A DNA stretch of 64,000 bases from Pseudothermotoga sp. Its GTDB lineage: Bacteria > Thermotogota > Thermotogae > Thermotogales > DSM-5069. This document shows, piece after piece, positions 19,072 through 29,698 of this stretch. The notes under the pieces are model-generated. The model worked only from the letters and a program-made list of their open reading frames with translations, was not told the DNA's origin and did not search any database. Location: positions 10,368 through 74,367 of the forward strand of contig JBEPZZ010000005.1 in the NCBI GenBank assembly GCA_041640575.1, given 5' to 3'. Within the stretch, counting starts at the first letter, position 1, and the number at the start of each line of letters is the position of its first letter. Position numbers and translations under genes: made by a program.

Positions 19072-20100
19072 ATGAAAAGGGGTTCGAGAATAAACGAAAG
19101 GCAAAAGAAAGTGCTTTACTGTGCAATTCGCGAATATATTTTGACTAAGAAGCCCGTGAGCTCCGAGAAGATTCTCGAAGCCTCGGATATCAATTGTAGT
19201 GGTGCAACGATCAGAAATGACCTTAGAAGATTGGAATACCTTGGTTACTTACGACAGCCACACACTTCTGCCGGAAGAATTCCAACAGATAAAGGCTACA
19301 AGTTCTACGTAGAAGAAACTTTAAAACTGATGAAGGAGTATTTCCGGCCTTCAGTTTCAATTCATTCTAGTTATCCTATGACTTTTGGAGATATGGAGAA
19401 AATCCTCGATGGAGCAGCTCTAGCATTGTCAAGAGTCACACGTGGTGCTGTAATTCTAGAAAAACCTGGAATCGATAAACTTAGAATTATAAGAGTTCTT
19501 GTTATTCCAATAACAAAACAATATCACATCGTATCTGTATTGACCGAGTTTGGATTCGTAAAGTTTATGCCTTTCCGAACTCTTGAAAGAATTGACACCG
19601 AAAAATTTGAGAAAGTTTTGAACGACCTTCTAGTAGGCCATAGTCTTGAACAACTAGCTCTAAGAAGAATCGAAGGAATATTCAACAACGAACTCATAGA
19701 CATGGCTGAAAGTTTGATGAAATCGTTAACGGAAGATTTTCGAAGTTCAATTATTAAGGTTGGACTTGATGCACTAATAAACAGTGAAGACTTTAACATC
19801 CAGGAGATAAGAAAAGTATCTAAACTTTTTTCTGAGGATACACTGCTTAAGAGATATTTGGATCAGGTCCAGAACCTTCCACAAGTACTCATTGGTTCTG
19901 AGCACGGTATTGAGGGACTAGAGAATTTTGCCTTTTTCATAGATGACTACAAGAAGGAAAACACAAGCATTGGCAAGGTCATGGTCATAACGTCAAAGAT
20001 AGTAAAATACGAAGAGATATTCTCTTCGTTGAAATATATGACCAGCAGATTAACTGAATACTTCACACTGGCAGTGAGAAAGGAGGTTTCAGAGCAATGA
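19072..20100 (+). CDS. hrcA: Heat-inducible transcription repressor
   Basis: PVSSE, SGATIRNDL, QPHTSAGRIPTDKGYKFYV. Confidence 0.96.
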   Translation: MKRGSRINERQKKVLYCAIREYILTKKPVSSEKILEASDINCSGATIRNDLRRLEYLGYLRQPHTSAGRIPTDKGYKFYVEETLKLMKEYFRPSVSIHSSYPMTFGDMEKILDGAALALSRVTRGAVILEKPGIDKLRIIRVLVIPITKQYHIVSVLTEFGFVKFMPFRTLERIDTEKFEKVLNDLLVGHSLEQLALRRIEGIFNNELIDMAESLMKSLTEDFRSSIIKVGLDALINSEDFNIQEIRKVSKLFSEDTLLKRYLDQVQNLPQVLIGSEHGIEGLENFAFFIDDYKKENTSIGKVMVITSKIVKYEEIFSSLKYMTSRLTEYFTLAVRKEVSEQ

Positions 20101-20648
20101 ATGAAAAGGAAAACATTAGAGCTGATGAGAAAAACAACGTTGAAAGAACGGAAACTTTTGAAACAAACCAACTGAAACTGGAAGAACTTCAAAGAGAAAA
20201 CGATAGATTAACAAAAGCTATCAAAGAGCTTGCAGCTGAATATGAAAATTTCAGAAGAGACTCTCTTCGAGACAGAGAGCAGATATTGAAGAATGCCAAC
20301 GAATATCTGTTGACGAAGATGATACCCGTTTTGGACGATTTCGAAAGAGTGCTTGAAAACTCAAAATCGTCTCAATCTGCAAGCTCATTACGAAAAGCCG
20401 TTGAAATGGTTTACAAGAAATTATGGAAGGTTTTGAACGATGAGGGGTTCTTCAAAATAGAGCCAAAGGCCACATTTGATCCGTTCGAACACGAAGCTGT
20501 GGAAAGGGTAGAAACAAACGAGTACGAAGAGTTTGCAATAATCAAAGTGATTGAGAATGGGTACAAGTATCGGAATAAGGTTGTTAAACCAGTGAAAGTA
20601 CAAGTAGCGGTTAGACCAAGAGGTGACCAAGGTGCCAAGACAGAGTAA
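20097..20648 (+). CDS. grpE: Nucleotide exchange factor
   Basis: [39 protein letters not shown]. Confidence 0.96.
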   Translation: MNEKENIRADEKNNVERTETFETNQLKLEELQRENDRLTKAIKELAAEYENFRRDSLRDREQILKNANEYLLTKMIPVLDDFERVLENSKSSQSASSLRKAVEMVYKKLWKVLNDEGFFKIEPKATFDPFEHEAVERVETNEYEEFAIIKVIENGYKYRNKVVKPVKVQVAVRPRGDQGAKTE

Positions 20649-21738
20649 AGATTACTATGCTATTTTGGGTGTTCCGAGAGATGCCTCACAAGAAGACATA
20701 AAAAAATCTTACCGAAAACTCATAAAACAATGGCATCCTGACCTGCACCCTGAAAACAAAAAAGAAGCCGAGGAAAAATTCAAGGAAATACAGGAAGCCT
20801 ATGAAGTTTTAAGTGACCCGCAGAAAAGAGCGATGTACGACAGGTTTGGCTACATAGGCGAACCTGAGTTTCAGCAACAGACAACAGGAACAGGTTTTGA
20901 GGACATTTTCAAAGATTTTGAGAGTTTCTTTGGCCGTGATATATTCGATATTTTCTTTGGTGAACGTGGTACGGAAGAACGACAGCAAACTAGAAGAAGA
21001 CCAGGTGAGGATATCTCAATAACTCTGGAAATTAGTTTTGCCGAAGCCGTAACTGGAAAGCAAGTACCTATTGAATATGATCGATATGAAAAGTGTGAAC
21101 ATTGTGATGGAAGTGGTGTAGAACCAGGCAGTGGTTACCAGACTTGTCCAAAGTGCCGAGGAGCTGGTGTCATACGTGAAGAAAGAAGAAGTATATTCGG
21201 AGTTTTCGTAAGTACAACGACTTGTAACACATGTGGTGGAACTGGGAAGGTTATAAAAGAAAGGTGTCACGTTTGTGGTGGAACAGGACGAGTAAAGCGA
21301 AGATACAGAACGGTTTTGAACATTCCAGCTGGCGTAAGTGATGGAACTCGAATAAGAGTTGACGGCGGTGGTAATGCTGGATACAATGGTGGAGGATACG
21401 GGGCTTTATACGTAACGGTTCATGTCAAGCCTGACAAGCGATTCAAGAGGCAAGATGACGATATTCTGACGGACATAAATATTGACTATGTGGAAGCACT
21501 ACTTGGTACAACAGTCAAAATAGATTTACCAACAGGTGACTCAACTATGCTCAAAATACCACCTTCGACCCAACCAGGAACGGTTTTCAGGTTGAAAGGC
21601 TTTGGATTCTATTCACCACGAACTGGTAGAAGAGGCGATTTACTTGTAACTGTTAACTTAAAGTTCCCTGAAAAGCTCTCACCAAAAGAACAAGAGCTCC
21701 TGAAAGAACTTGCGAAGTTAAGAGGGCTTAACTTATAG
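20632..21738 (+). CDS. dnaJ: Chaperone DnaJ
   Basis: J domain with HPD, four CxxCxGxG repeats; GTG start at 20632 behind GAGGTGA. Confidence 0.97.
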   Translation: MPRQSKDYYAILGVPRDASQEDIKKSYRKLIKQWHPDLHPENKKEAEEKFKEIQEAYEVLSDPQKRAMYDRFGYIGEPEFQQQTTGTGFEDIFKDFESFFGRDIFDIFFGERGTEERQQTRRRPGEDISITLEISFAEAVTGKQVPIEYDRYEKCEHCDGSGVEPGSGYQTCPKCRGAGVIREERRSIFGVFVSTTTCNTCGGTGKVIKERCHVCGGTGRVKRRYRTVLNIPAGVSDGTRIRVDGGGNAGYNGGGYGALYVTVHVKPDKRFKRQDDDILTDINIDYVEALLGTTVKIDLPTGDSTMLKIPPSTQPGTVFRLKGFGFYSPRTGRRGDLLVTVNLKFPEKLSPKEQELLKELAKLRGLNL

Positions 21739-21907
21739 TCGAAAAATCGCGTGAGACTAATTTGACAAACTGCTAAAGGAAGATTAAGAGACAGCTTGAA
21801 GTGCAGATATTTACTGATTCTAGATGCTTTTTACCAAAAATGTCGACATATCTGTTGTTTCCTCTTAAAATCTTATGCTTTCTTCATCTTCCTTTACCTT
21901 CCGATCC

Positions 21908-21936
21908 TTGACTTGTTAAGTTTGTTGTATTAATAT
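21908..21936 (+). promoter_or_regulatory. Sigma70-type promoter of the trehalose ABC operon
   Basis: TTGACT-N17-TAATAT. Confidence 0.65.
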
Positions 21937-21945
21937 TTCTTCAGA

Positions 21946-21969
21946 ATTAATTCATGTTACGATAAAAAT
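21946..21969 (+). promoter_or_regulatory. Putative ROK (TreR) operator
   Basis: AT-rich imperfect palindrome ATTAATTCATGTTACGATAAAAAT just downstream of the promoter; ROK regulator in the same cluster. Confidence 0.45.
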
Positions 21970-22004
21970 CTCTCCCAGTCCATGGGGGTAAAAGGAGGGA
22001 TACC

Positions 22005-23177
22005 ATGAAAAGGTTACTAGTTGCTTTAGCTCTTGTGGTAGTTGTTCTTGCCAATGCTGTAACATTAACCGTCATAGGTCCCTGGTCAGGAGCCGAGATG
22101 GACAAATTCCTTCCAGTTCTTGAGGAGTTCACAAAACAAACTGGAATCAAGGTCGAATACAAAATTTACAGAGCCGAAGACCTTGCAAATCTCTTACCAG
22201 CACAGTTTGCCGCAAGGAAAGCACCAGGCGATGTCATATTCATGTGGGCACATTTCATAAGAGAGTACGGACAAAAAGGTCACATACTGCCTTTAACAAA
22301 TGTCATAAATGAAGCTGCATACCTGCCTGGTTCATTGGATTCTGTGAAAGTTGGAAAAGAGCTCTACGGTGCAGCCTACACTGGAAAAGTTAAACCCGGT
22401 TTCTGGTATAGAAAAAGTTTCTTTGAAAAACACGGCTTGACACCACCAAAAACCTGGGAAGAATTTGTTGGATTGCTCGAAAAGATCAGAAAAATTCAAG
22501 GAATTAAGGCTCCCATAGCAAGTGGAAATGGTGTTGGATGGCCTCTTTCAGATGTCACGGAGCATTTCTTAATCTCATTTGCTGGTCCTGAAGTCATATA
22601 TGATCTTATTGAAGGGAACATAAGATGGGACAGCTATGTCGTGCGGAACGCTCTGAACAAATTAGTGTATTTACTCGAAAAGCGTTATTTCGGTGAACCA
22701 ACTGAATGGACTCTTGCCGTTGAGCAATGGTGGAACGGTGACTACGCACTTTACTTCATGGGAAGCTGGATAACTGGTATGGTAAAAGATCCAAATGATC
22801 TTGGAGTATTCGCTCTACCAGGCACGAAAGGTGTTGTTTTCGGAGCTGATTATGCTTTCGTTCCAAAATACACACAGTATCCAGAAGAAGCAAAGAGACT
22901 TATCAGTTGGCTTTGCGGTCCAGAAGGTCAAACAATTCAGGTAAAACAAGGCGGACATGTCGCAACAGCAGTGAGTGTAAATCTCTCAAACTATCCACCT
23001 GTTGACAGGGAAGTCGCTAAAATCATCCAGGGTGCCGCAGCTTTGCCTGATCTCGACGATACTATCGGTGGAGAATGGCAACCAACTTTCTGGGATCAAC
23101 TCAAATTGTTGTGGGTTAGACCGAACAGGTTAGAAGAAGTCATTGGTGTTTTGCAGCAAAAAGCTCCAAGGAAATGA
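22005..23177 (+). CDS. Sugar ABC transporter substrate-binding protein (likely trehalose/alpha-glucoside)
   Basis: Signal peptide, GPWSGAE, KPGFWYRK, GWPLSD, MGSWI; clustered with treT. Confidence 0.88.
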   Translation: MKRLLVALALVVVVLANAVTLTVIGPWSGAEMDKFLPVLEEFTKQTGIKVEYKIYRAEDLANLLPAQFAARKAPGDVIFMWAHFIREYGQKGHILPLTNVINEAAYLPGSLDSVKVGKELYGAAYTGKVKPGFWYRKSFFEKHGLTPPKTWEEFVGLLEKIRKIQGIKAPIASGNGVGWPLSDVTEHFLISFAGPEVIYDLIEGNIRWDSYVVRNALNKLVYLLEKRYFGEPTEWTLAVEQWWNGDYALYFMGSWITGMVKDPNDLGVFALPGTKGVVFGADYAFVPKYTQYPEEAKRLISWLCGPEGQTIQVKQGGHVATAVSVNLSNYPPVDREVAKIIQGAAALPDLDDTIGGEWQPTFWDQLKLLWVRPNRLEEVIGVLQQKAPRK

Positions 23178-24058
23178 TACCAATGAAAAGGGAGAAACTT
23201 TACGTTCTATTCTTCTTGTTGCCAGCTATTTTTATGCTATTGACCTTTGTAGTATACCCAGTCGTAAGGACAGTGGTATATAGCTTTCTAGATCAAAGTG
23301 GAAATTTCGTTGGGTTTAAGAATTATAAACAGGTTATTCTCAGCAGGGAAATAATCGATTTGAGGGGGTTCTCCAGGGGTTTTCCCCTGGGAGCCCTTTT
23401 TCACAACCTTCTTTGGATATGGATACACTTGCCAGCAACCGTGATCATAGGACTACTCTTGGCAGTTTTACTCAAGAATGTAAGAGGTGGTGCTTTGATC
23501 AAAGCTGTGATATTTCTCGGAATGGTAATGCCAATGATAGTCGGTGGTGTAATCATTAATTTTATCTTCGATAAAAACCTTGGCATTGTTAATGGTGTAT
23601 TCAGTCTGTTCAAGATCCAAACTAGAACATGGACGGCACATCCAGATACCGCTCTTTTGTCTCTTATCTTCGGATCAATTTGGCTTTGGACGGGTTTTTC
23701 TGTGGTGCTTTACTCCGCCGGGCTTGAGACCATTCCAAAAGATATTTATGAAGCAGCTCAACTAGATGGCGCTTCATCGTTTGTGATATTTAGGAGAATC
23801 ACGGTGCCACTTTTGAGGCCCATCACCGTCGTCGTGATAACGATGACTTTGCTTTGGGAATTGAAAGTGTTTGACATAGTTTACGTCGCGACTATGGGTG
23901 GACCTGGTGGTGCATCCAATGTTTTAGCGTTGCAAATGTACCTGTACGCCTTCAGAGCACTGGATTTCAACAGATCTGCAGTTGTTGCAGTTATACTTAC
24001 GTTATCAACACTTGCAGCAAGCCTTGCTCTTATGAAATCTGTGAGGGATGAAGTATGA
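23174..24058 (+). CDS. Sugar ABC transporter permease (MalF-like)
   Basis: Hydrophobic, FVGFKNY, EAA loop YEAAQLDGAS. Confidence 0.93.
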   Translation: MIPMKREKLYVLFFLLPAIFMLLTFVVYPVVRTVVYSFLDQSGNFVGFKNYKQVILSREIIDLRGFSRGFPLGALFHNLLWIWIHLPATVIIGLLLAVLLKNVRGGALIKAVIFLGMVMPMIVGGVIINFIFDKNLGIVNGVFSLFKIQTRTWTAHPDTALLSLIFGSIWLWTGFSVVLYSAGLETIPKDIYEAAQLDGASSFVIFRRITVPLLRPITVVVITMTLLWELKVFDIVYVATMGGPGGASNVLALQMYLYAFRALDFNRSAVVAVILTLSTLAASLALMKSVRDEV

Positions 24059-24876
24059 GGAAAAAGTTAATTTTGACTATACTAGCCTGGCTTATAGGCT
24101 TAATATGGATATTACCTTTTGTTGGACTTTTCATGACTGCCACCCGACCAATGAGTGAACTACTAAAAGGTTGGTGGCGCTTTGGAACTTTTACCTTGAC
24201 GACGAAAAATTTTGTCGGCGCATGGAATCATCCAACGGCATCGTTAAAAACTGGAATGATTAATTCACTAATCATTTCACTTCCAGCAACAACTCTTCCA
24301 CTTTTGATCGCTACAATGGCAGGTTATGGGTTTTCAAGATACAAATTTCGCTTTAGAAAAATACTCTTTTTGCTCGTTGTTATAACACTTGCCTTACCTC
24401 AACAGACGATAGCCATTCCAATATTTCAAATGATGAATTTCCTGGGATTAATTGATAACTATTTGGGTTTGATAATTGTTCACACCGCTTGGGGAATACC
24501 TTGGATAACCTTCTTCATGAGAAATTTCTTTTACACGTTACCAAAAGAGATGGAAGAGGCAGCCAAAATAGACGGAGCTAACGATATACAAATATTCTTT
24601 CGGATTGTAATGCCTGTTGCTTTGCCAGCAATTGGTTCGGCATGTGCATTGCAATTTACATGGGTTTGGAGCGATTTTTTCTTGGCGTTAATTCTAATTT
24701 ATTCTCCAAATAAATTGCTTGCTACCCAACGAATACCTTTGATGCGTGGTGTCTACCACGTGGATTGGGGGCTGTTAGCATCGGCGTCCATCATGGTAAT
24801 GATAGTTCCGATTATTGTTTATCTTCTACTTCAAAAATATTACATAAAAGGAATGATTGGTTGGTCGCTGAAATAA
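24055..24876 (+). CDS. Sugar ABC transporter permease (MalG-like)
   Basis: AGYGFSR, EAA loop MEEAAKIDGA, LQKYYIKG. Confidence 0.93.
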   Translation: MRKKLILTILAWLIGLIWILPFVGLFMTATRPMSELLKGWWRFGTFTLTTKNFVGAWNHPTASLKTGMINSLIISLPATTLPLLIATMAGYGFSRYKFRFRKILFLLVVITLALPQQTIAIPIFQMMNFLGLIDNYLGLIIVHTAWGIPWITFFMRNFFYTLPKEMEEAAKIDGANDIQIFFRIVMPVALPAIGSACALQFTWVWSDFFLALILIYSPNKLLATQRIPLMRGVYHVDWGLLASASIMVMIVPIIVYLLLQKYYIKGMIGWSLK

Positions 24877-24892
24877 AAGGAGGAGGAAAGCC

Positions 24893-26116
24893 ATGAAAGT
24901 AGATTTGAAACAAAGAAGTATTGATGAATACAGAGTTATCATTGGCGATGGTGTAGAAAAAATTAAGGAACTGTCAAAACCTCTCAGAGGTTTACGAGTT
25001 ATACATGTCAATGCGACTGCATTTGGCGGAGGTGTAGCAGAAATTCTTCAGAACCTTGTACCTTTGATGAGATCTGTTGGGCTTGATGCAGAATGGAATG
25101 CTTTGGAGGCACCAAACGAATTTTTCAATGTGACAAAGAAGTTTCACAATACCCTTCAAGGAGCAAAAATACAAGTCACTGACTCTGAGTGGGAACTGTA
25201 TGAGGAGATTTGCAATCAAAATTCGCACATGATAAATGGTGATTTTGACTTTTTAGTTATTCACGATCCACAACCAGCTGCAATCAAGAAATTTGTAAAA
25301 TCTAAGCCTTATGCAAAGTGGATTTGGCGTTGTCATATAGATCTCTCCACACCTAATCATGAAATATGGTCAAGATTCAGCAACTATGTGAAAGATTACG
25401 ACAGATTAATATTCCATCTTCTAGATTACTTCCCCAAAGATCTTGCTTCGAAATGTGTTTCGTTTCCACCAAGCATAGATCCATTAAGCGATAAAAACAA
25501 AGAACTTGACAAACAGTTCTGTGTCGAGATTATTCAAAGACTTGGCATAGATCCATCTAGACCACTGATTACTGTTGTCGCACGTTTTGATCCGTGGAAA
25601 GATCTTTTCTCAGCAATAGACGTTTATAGGTTAGTCAAAAAAGCTATTCCAGAAGTTCAACTAGCAATAGTATCAGCTATGGCATCCGATGATCCTGAGG
25701 GCTGGATTTTCTTCGAAAAGGTTGCACGATATGCAGGTGTGGATAAAGATATATACTTCTGCACTAACCTGAACGGCGTAGGTAACTTGGAGGTCAACGC
25801 AATTCAAAGATCAACAACAGTAGCTCTTCATACTGCAACTCGAGAAGGTTTTGGTCTGGTAATAAGTGAGGCTTTGTACAAGCAAGTACCTGTCGTTGCG
25901 AGACCTGTTGGAGGTGTGAAAATCCAAATCAAGCATGGTGAAACTGGCTATCTAGCATGGGATATCGAAGAATTGGCCAACTACACGATTGAACTCATTA
26001 AAAATGATTCAAAGCGTAAGACAATGGGCTATTCAGGAAGAAAAGATGTTATAGAGAAATTTATTATCACAGCGAATTTGGCGAACTACTTGAAACTCTT
26101 TATAAGCCTTATGTGA
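24893..26116 (+). CDS. treT: Trehalose glycosyltransferring synthase (GT4)
   Basis: HVNATAFGGGVAEIL, TKKFHNTLQG, IHDPQP, WRCHID, RFDPWKD, EGFGLVISEA. Confidence 0.9.
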   Translation: MKVDLKQRSIDEYRVIIGDGVEKIKELSKPLRGLRVIHVNATAFGGGVAEILQNLVPLMRSVGLDAEWNALEAPNEFFNVTKKFHNTLQGAKIQVTDSEWELYEEICNQNSHMINGDFDFLVIHDPQPAAIKKFVKSKPYAKWIWRCHIDLSTPNHEIWSRFSNYVKDYDRLIFHLLDYFPKDLASKCVSFPPSIDPLSDKNKELDKQFCVEIIQRLGIDPSRPLITVVARFDPWKDLFSAIDVYRLVKKAIPEVQLAIVSAMASDDPEGWIFFEKVARYAGVDKDIYFCTNLNGVGNLEVNAIQRSTTVALHTATREGFGLVISEALYKQVPVVARPVGGVKIQIKHGETGYLAWDIEELANYTIELIKNDSKRKTMGYSGRKDVIEKFIITANLANYLKLFISLM

Positions 26117-26176
26117 GGCTCACTAGACAATTACGAGATACTTATTGTTGTATCATTAACTGTAGGAGGACGTCTT

Positions 26177-27298
26177 TTGCCAGCGCCGGCGCTGAGAAAA
26201 AGAAACAAGTTGCAAGTACTTTTGACCATATTCAAGCGAAAGGGTATTCTGAGAGAACAACTTGCATCTGAAACAAAATTGTCTCTGAGCACTCTAAGTT
26301 ACATATTGCGTGAACTAATTGAAGAACAACTTGTTAGTTCCGTGGTAGTGCATAAAGGTCGTGGAAGACCTTCACAACTTCTTCGAGTAAGATCTGATTC
26401 ATGGTTCGTCATAGGTATAAAAGTGGGGAGAGAAGAAGTTCGAGGTACACTTTTTAACTCCCTGATGGAAGTTGTCCGTAACCACTCAGTTAGGATCATG
26501 GCTTCAATGAGAAATAATGAAGGTTATTCAAATGCATTAAGAGAAGTCCTAGAAGAACTGAAACACGAAAAATTGCTAGGTGTTGGTATTTGTTCAAGTG
26601 GAATAGTTGATGAGGACTCGATAGTGGTTTCACATTTGATGAACGTTAGAAATCTCAAAGTTTCCGTTTTGCTAAGCAGTATGGGCATTGAGAATTTCAT
26701 TCTAATGAATGATGTAGATGCTCTCAGTTATGCTATATCTGACCTTGGAGAATCAAATTTCCTTGCTTTGACTTATGGAACAGGAATAGGTGCCAGTTAT
26801 TATCAAGCTGGAAAAGCTCAACACATAGAAATTGGGCATGTCATTGTATCATCAACAGGCAAATGCTATTGTGGACAAACCGGATGTTTAGAATACCATG
26901 CGTCTGAATACGCGGTTTTGAAGGCTTTTTTGAAAACGGACTTTTCATTCGAAGATTTTGCTGCAAACGAGGAAGAAAAATACAGAGACAAAATCAACCA
27001 ACTTAGAGAGATTTCAAAAAAGAATTTCGATGAAGTCAAAGTTTTCTATGAGCCGGCGTTTCGACTTCTTTCTGTTGTCCTTGGAAATCTGCTTTTGATC
27101 TTAAAACCCTCGAAGGTTTTTTTCCTTGGCGAAGGATTGACAAATATAAAAATGGTAAACTTGATAAAAAATTATGTGCAAGCAAGTTTCAACAGCGAGT
27201 TCATAAGTCCTACTGATTTTGCTATGGCTGGCGCTAGTTGGGAATTCGGCGTGGCACTTGCAGCCTTGCACAAGTACCTTCATAAATTAATCCGTTGA
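26177..27298 (+). CDS. ROK-family transcriptional regulator (probable TreR)
   Basis: N-terminal HTH with GRGRP, NDVDA, GTGIG, EIGH, CYCGQTGCLE. Confidence 0.9.
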   Translation: MPAPALRKRNKLQVLLTIFKRKGILREQLASETKLSLSTLSYILRELIEEQLVSSVVVHKGRGRPSQLLRVRSDSWFVIGIKVGREEVRGTLFNSLMEVVRNHSVRIMASMRNNEGYSNALREVLEELKHEKLLGVGICSSGIVDEDSIVVSHLMNVRNLKVSVLLSSMGIENFILMNDVDALSYAISDLGESNFLALTYGTGIGASYYQAGKAQHIEIGHVIVSSTGKCYCGQTGCLEYHASEYAVLKAFLKTDFSFEDFAANEEEKYRDKINQLREISKKNFDEVKVFYEPAFRLLSVVLGNLLLILKPSKVFFLGEGLTNIKMVNLIKNYVQASFNSEFISPTDFAMAGASWEFGVALAALHKYLHKLIR

Positions 27299-27303
27299 TC
27301 GAC

Positions 27304-28296
27304 CTATCCACAAAGAGTTCTTAGCAAATGCTCAAATTCTTCGGCCATATTTTGAGCGTCTCTGAGTAACTTATCGGCAACATTTATCTTCTTGCCAATC
27401 AATTTAAAAACAACCAAAGCTATCTCTACCTCATCTTCTTTTAGATAACCTTCGTACTTTGGCATGTATCTCTTCATGAATCTGTTCGCCTTACTATTGT
27501 TCAAACTTATGAATGGTATTCCATGGTATATAGCCAAAAGACTAGCATGCATTCTTTGCGAAACAACCAATCGAGACGAAAGGATGGCTTCTACTGGATT
27601 TTCGACGTACCTTAAATCATACTCAGAGGCTAGTTTTTGCACAACCTGTTTATCTTCCTCACTGAAAGCTGTGACAATAACGTTTCCCTTGCCAATTTTT
27701 TCTTCAATCGTTTTAACAAGATGATTCAAATCTATTTCTCTTTTAAGACAAAAGCAAATTTGACTTGAACTTTTCGCTGCAAATTTAGCAGAATCAAAGG
27801 TAAGAATTGCGAGATCTGTTCCTTGATAAACGTTTTTTCCAATCAGCCTTGCATAACGAAAACTAACAGGATCTCTCGCAAAAACATAAACCTTTCGACT
27901 GGACAGAAAAAATTTTACCAACATCCTTGAGATTTTCCTTCTTAGAGGGCCAAAACTGTTACCAAGTAAAATCACAGGCTTACCAAGCAGAATGGAGAGA
28001 AAAACTATCGAAGAATAATACAATAGACTTCTAAAGCTTGTCTCATCCTGAAAAATTCCACCTCCACCACAGACTACTACAGAACTCTTTGCTATAGCCT
28101 TTAAGACAGATATTGGAGAAAATCTGTTCACCGGTTGGATTAACCAGCTAGCATACTTTGAGGCCTTATCCTTTGGTACAGAAAGAAAGATCTTGTGAAA
28201 GCCAGATTGTTCAAGTAACTTCACAGTAGCTTGACACAACATCTCGTCCCCGAGATTTCCGTAACCGTAATAACCAAATACAAAAGCTGCTTTCAA
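27304..28296 (-). CDS. csaB: Polysaccharide pyruvyl transferase
   Basis: GYYGYGNLGDE, GGGGIFQDETSFRSLLYY, GPL, RD, RMH. Confidence 0.88.
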   Translation of the reverse strand: MKAAFVFGYYGYGNLGDEMLCQATVKLLEQSGFHKIFLSVPKDKASKYASWLIQPVNRFSPISVLKAIAKSSVVVCGGGGIFQDETSFRSLLYYSSIVFLSILLGKPVILLGNSFGPLRRKISRMLVKFFLSSRKVYVFARDPVSFRYARLIGKNVYQGTDLAILTFDSAKFAAKSSSQICFCLKREIDLNHLVKTIEEKIGKGNVIVTAFSEEDKQVVQKLASEYDLRYVENPVEAILSSRLVVSQRMHASLLAIYHGIPFISLNNSKANRFMKRYMPKYEGYLKEDEVEIALVVFKLIGKKINVADKLLRDAQNMAEEFEHLLRTLCG

Positions 28297-28356
28297 GGAA
28301 GAACAGTCCTCTCTGTAGAATTATCCAATGAAGATTATAACAAGGGGAAGACCATA

Positions 28357-29103
28357 ATGATACAAAAGGTCAAGGATAACATTCTTACCGTTGGTTCAGA
28401 GGGCTCGTCAAACGTAACAATAATACTTTTGCAACATGGCTCAATAATTGTAGACACATCACTTTTCCCTGAAAAGGCAGTGAAAATACGGCAGTTTGTC
28501 GAACATACTGTAAGAAAACCAATACTTTACGTTGTAAACACACATTATCACCCTGACCATTGTTTTGGAAACGTCGCATTTGAAGACGTCCAGATACTTT
28601 CCTCCGTACAAACAGCTAATAACATTGCCATCATGGACGAGAAATATATGGAGAACCTTCCAAAAGTGGAAAGATTGGTTGCTCCGAGCCTGACCTATGT
28701 CGATGAGTGGTTTGATGATAACATTCAAATAAAAGTTTTAGGGGGACACACTCCTGATTCATCAATAGTGTATGTACCAAACGAAAAAGTGCTTATCGCT
28801 GGCGACCTGATTTTCAATGATTTTCATCCAGAAATAGTATCCGACAGTAATTTGATGCAATGGATAGAGGCCCTTGAATTTTTGCTCAAACTCAAAATAC
28901 AATATGTTATCCCTGGCCATGGACCTACGGGCGTTGTAGAATGCGTTGAATCTATGCTCAAGTATTTGAGCAAAATCCTCCGTCTAATTGATGGAAGAAT
29001 TACATATTCAGAACTTCTTTCTGACGAAAACTTCACACAAAGAAAATTTCCTCAGCTCTTTTCTTGGGGAATAGAAAATTTGCTTCAGCAACGCGGCAAA
29101 TAG
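28357..29103 (+). CDS. Metallo-beta-lactamase-fold hydrolase
   Basis: NTHYHPDHCFGN, GHTPDS, AGDL, IPGHG; ATG at 28357 behind AGGGG. Confidence 0.9.
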   Translation: MIQKVKDNILTVGSEGSSNVTIILLQHGSIIVDTSLFPEKAVKIRQFVEHTVRKPILYVVNTHYHPDHCFGNVAFEDVQILSSVQTANNIAIMDEKYMENLPKVERLVAPSLTYVDEWFDDNIQIKVLGGHTPDSSIVYVPNEKVLIAGDLIFNDFHPEIVSDSNLMQWIEALEFLLKLKIQYVIPGHGPTGVVECVESMLKYLSKILRLIDGRITYSELLSDENFTQRKFPQLFSWGIENLLQQRGK

Positions 29104-29104
29104 T

Positions 29105-29698
29105 TCACCTATTTTTGAAGAAGCTATCAACATCTATGCCCAACTTTAGATTCTCAAAGGTGAGTTTCACAAATTCATCGGAATTGTTTGACATAATCAT
29201 GATTTGCTTTATGAAACCATCTTCAAAGGTCATCCTGAATATAACGGGCTCTTTCGCTTGTGATGTAAAAATGGGTGCTGGCTTAACTGTTACAGTGTTC
29301 CCAGCAATGCTCAAAATGGTCATAGGTGTCTGAAACATTTTAAAAAGTAGCTCAAACAAACTTATGAACGTGCCGACTGGTATATCAATGTTTTCAATCC
29401 CAACATAACCCAGAGACTCAAAGTAGAATCTCTTTGTCCTGCCATAGTACCAAAACTTCAAACCGACCAGTTCAACGGGTTCTTTGATCTCCAGGTAAAA
29501 ATCTTCCTGATTTCTTACGACAAGATCAACTATGAGATTGAAAGAATGCTCTGCTGCATCTTGTAAAACCCGAGCATCTATACTCAAAGTTGTTGCAAAA
29601 TCCTTACTGCCCGCTACTCGTTCGGCAAAATCAAAAATAGGGTTTGCAAAAGCAATTGATGCAATTAAAAGCAGTGCGAACCAAAGGCGCAACATCAA
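29105..29698 (-). CDS. Secreted hypothetical protein, possibly LolA-like fold
   Basis: Signal peptide ending AFA; IKEPVEL, beta-rich, C-terminal LTFENLKLGIDVDSFF. Confidence 0.55.
   Translation of the reverse strand: MMLRLWFALLLIASIAFANPIFDFAERVAGSKDFATTLSIDARVLQDAAEHSFNLIVDLVVRNQEDFYLEIKEPVELVGLKFWYYGRTKRFYFESLGYVGIENIDIPVGTFISLFELLFKMFQTPMTILSIAGNTVTVKPAPIFTSQAKEPVIFRMTFEDGFIKQIMIMSNNSDEFVKLTFENLKLGIDVDSFFKNR

Noticed and set aside
19072..21738. dnaK missing from hrcA-grpE-dnaJ
   Set aside because: Known arrangement in Thermotogae, where dnaK lies elsewhere; not novel
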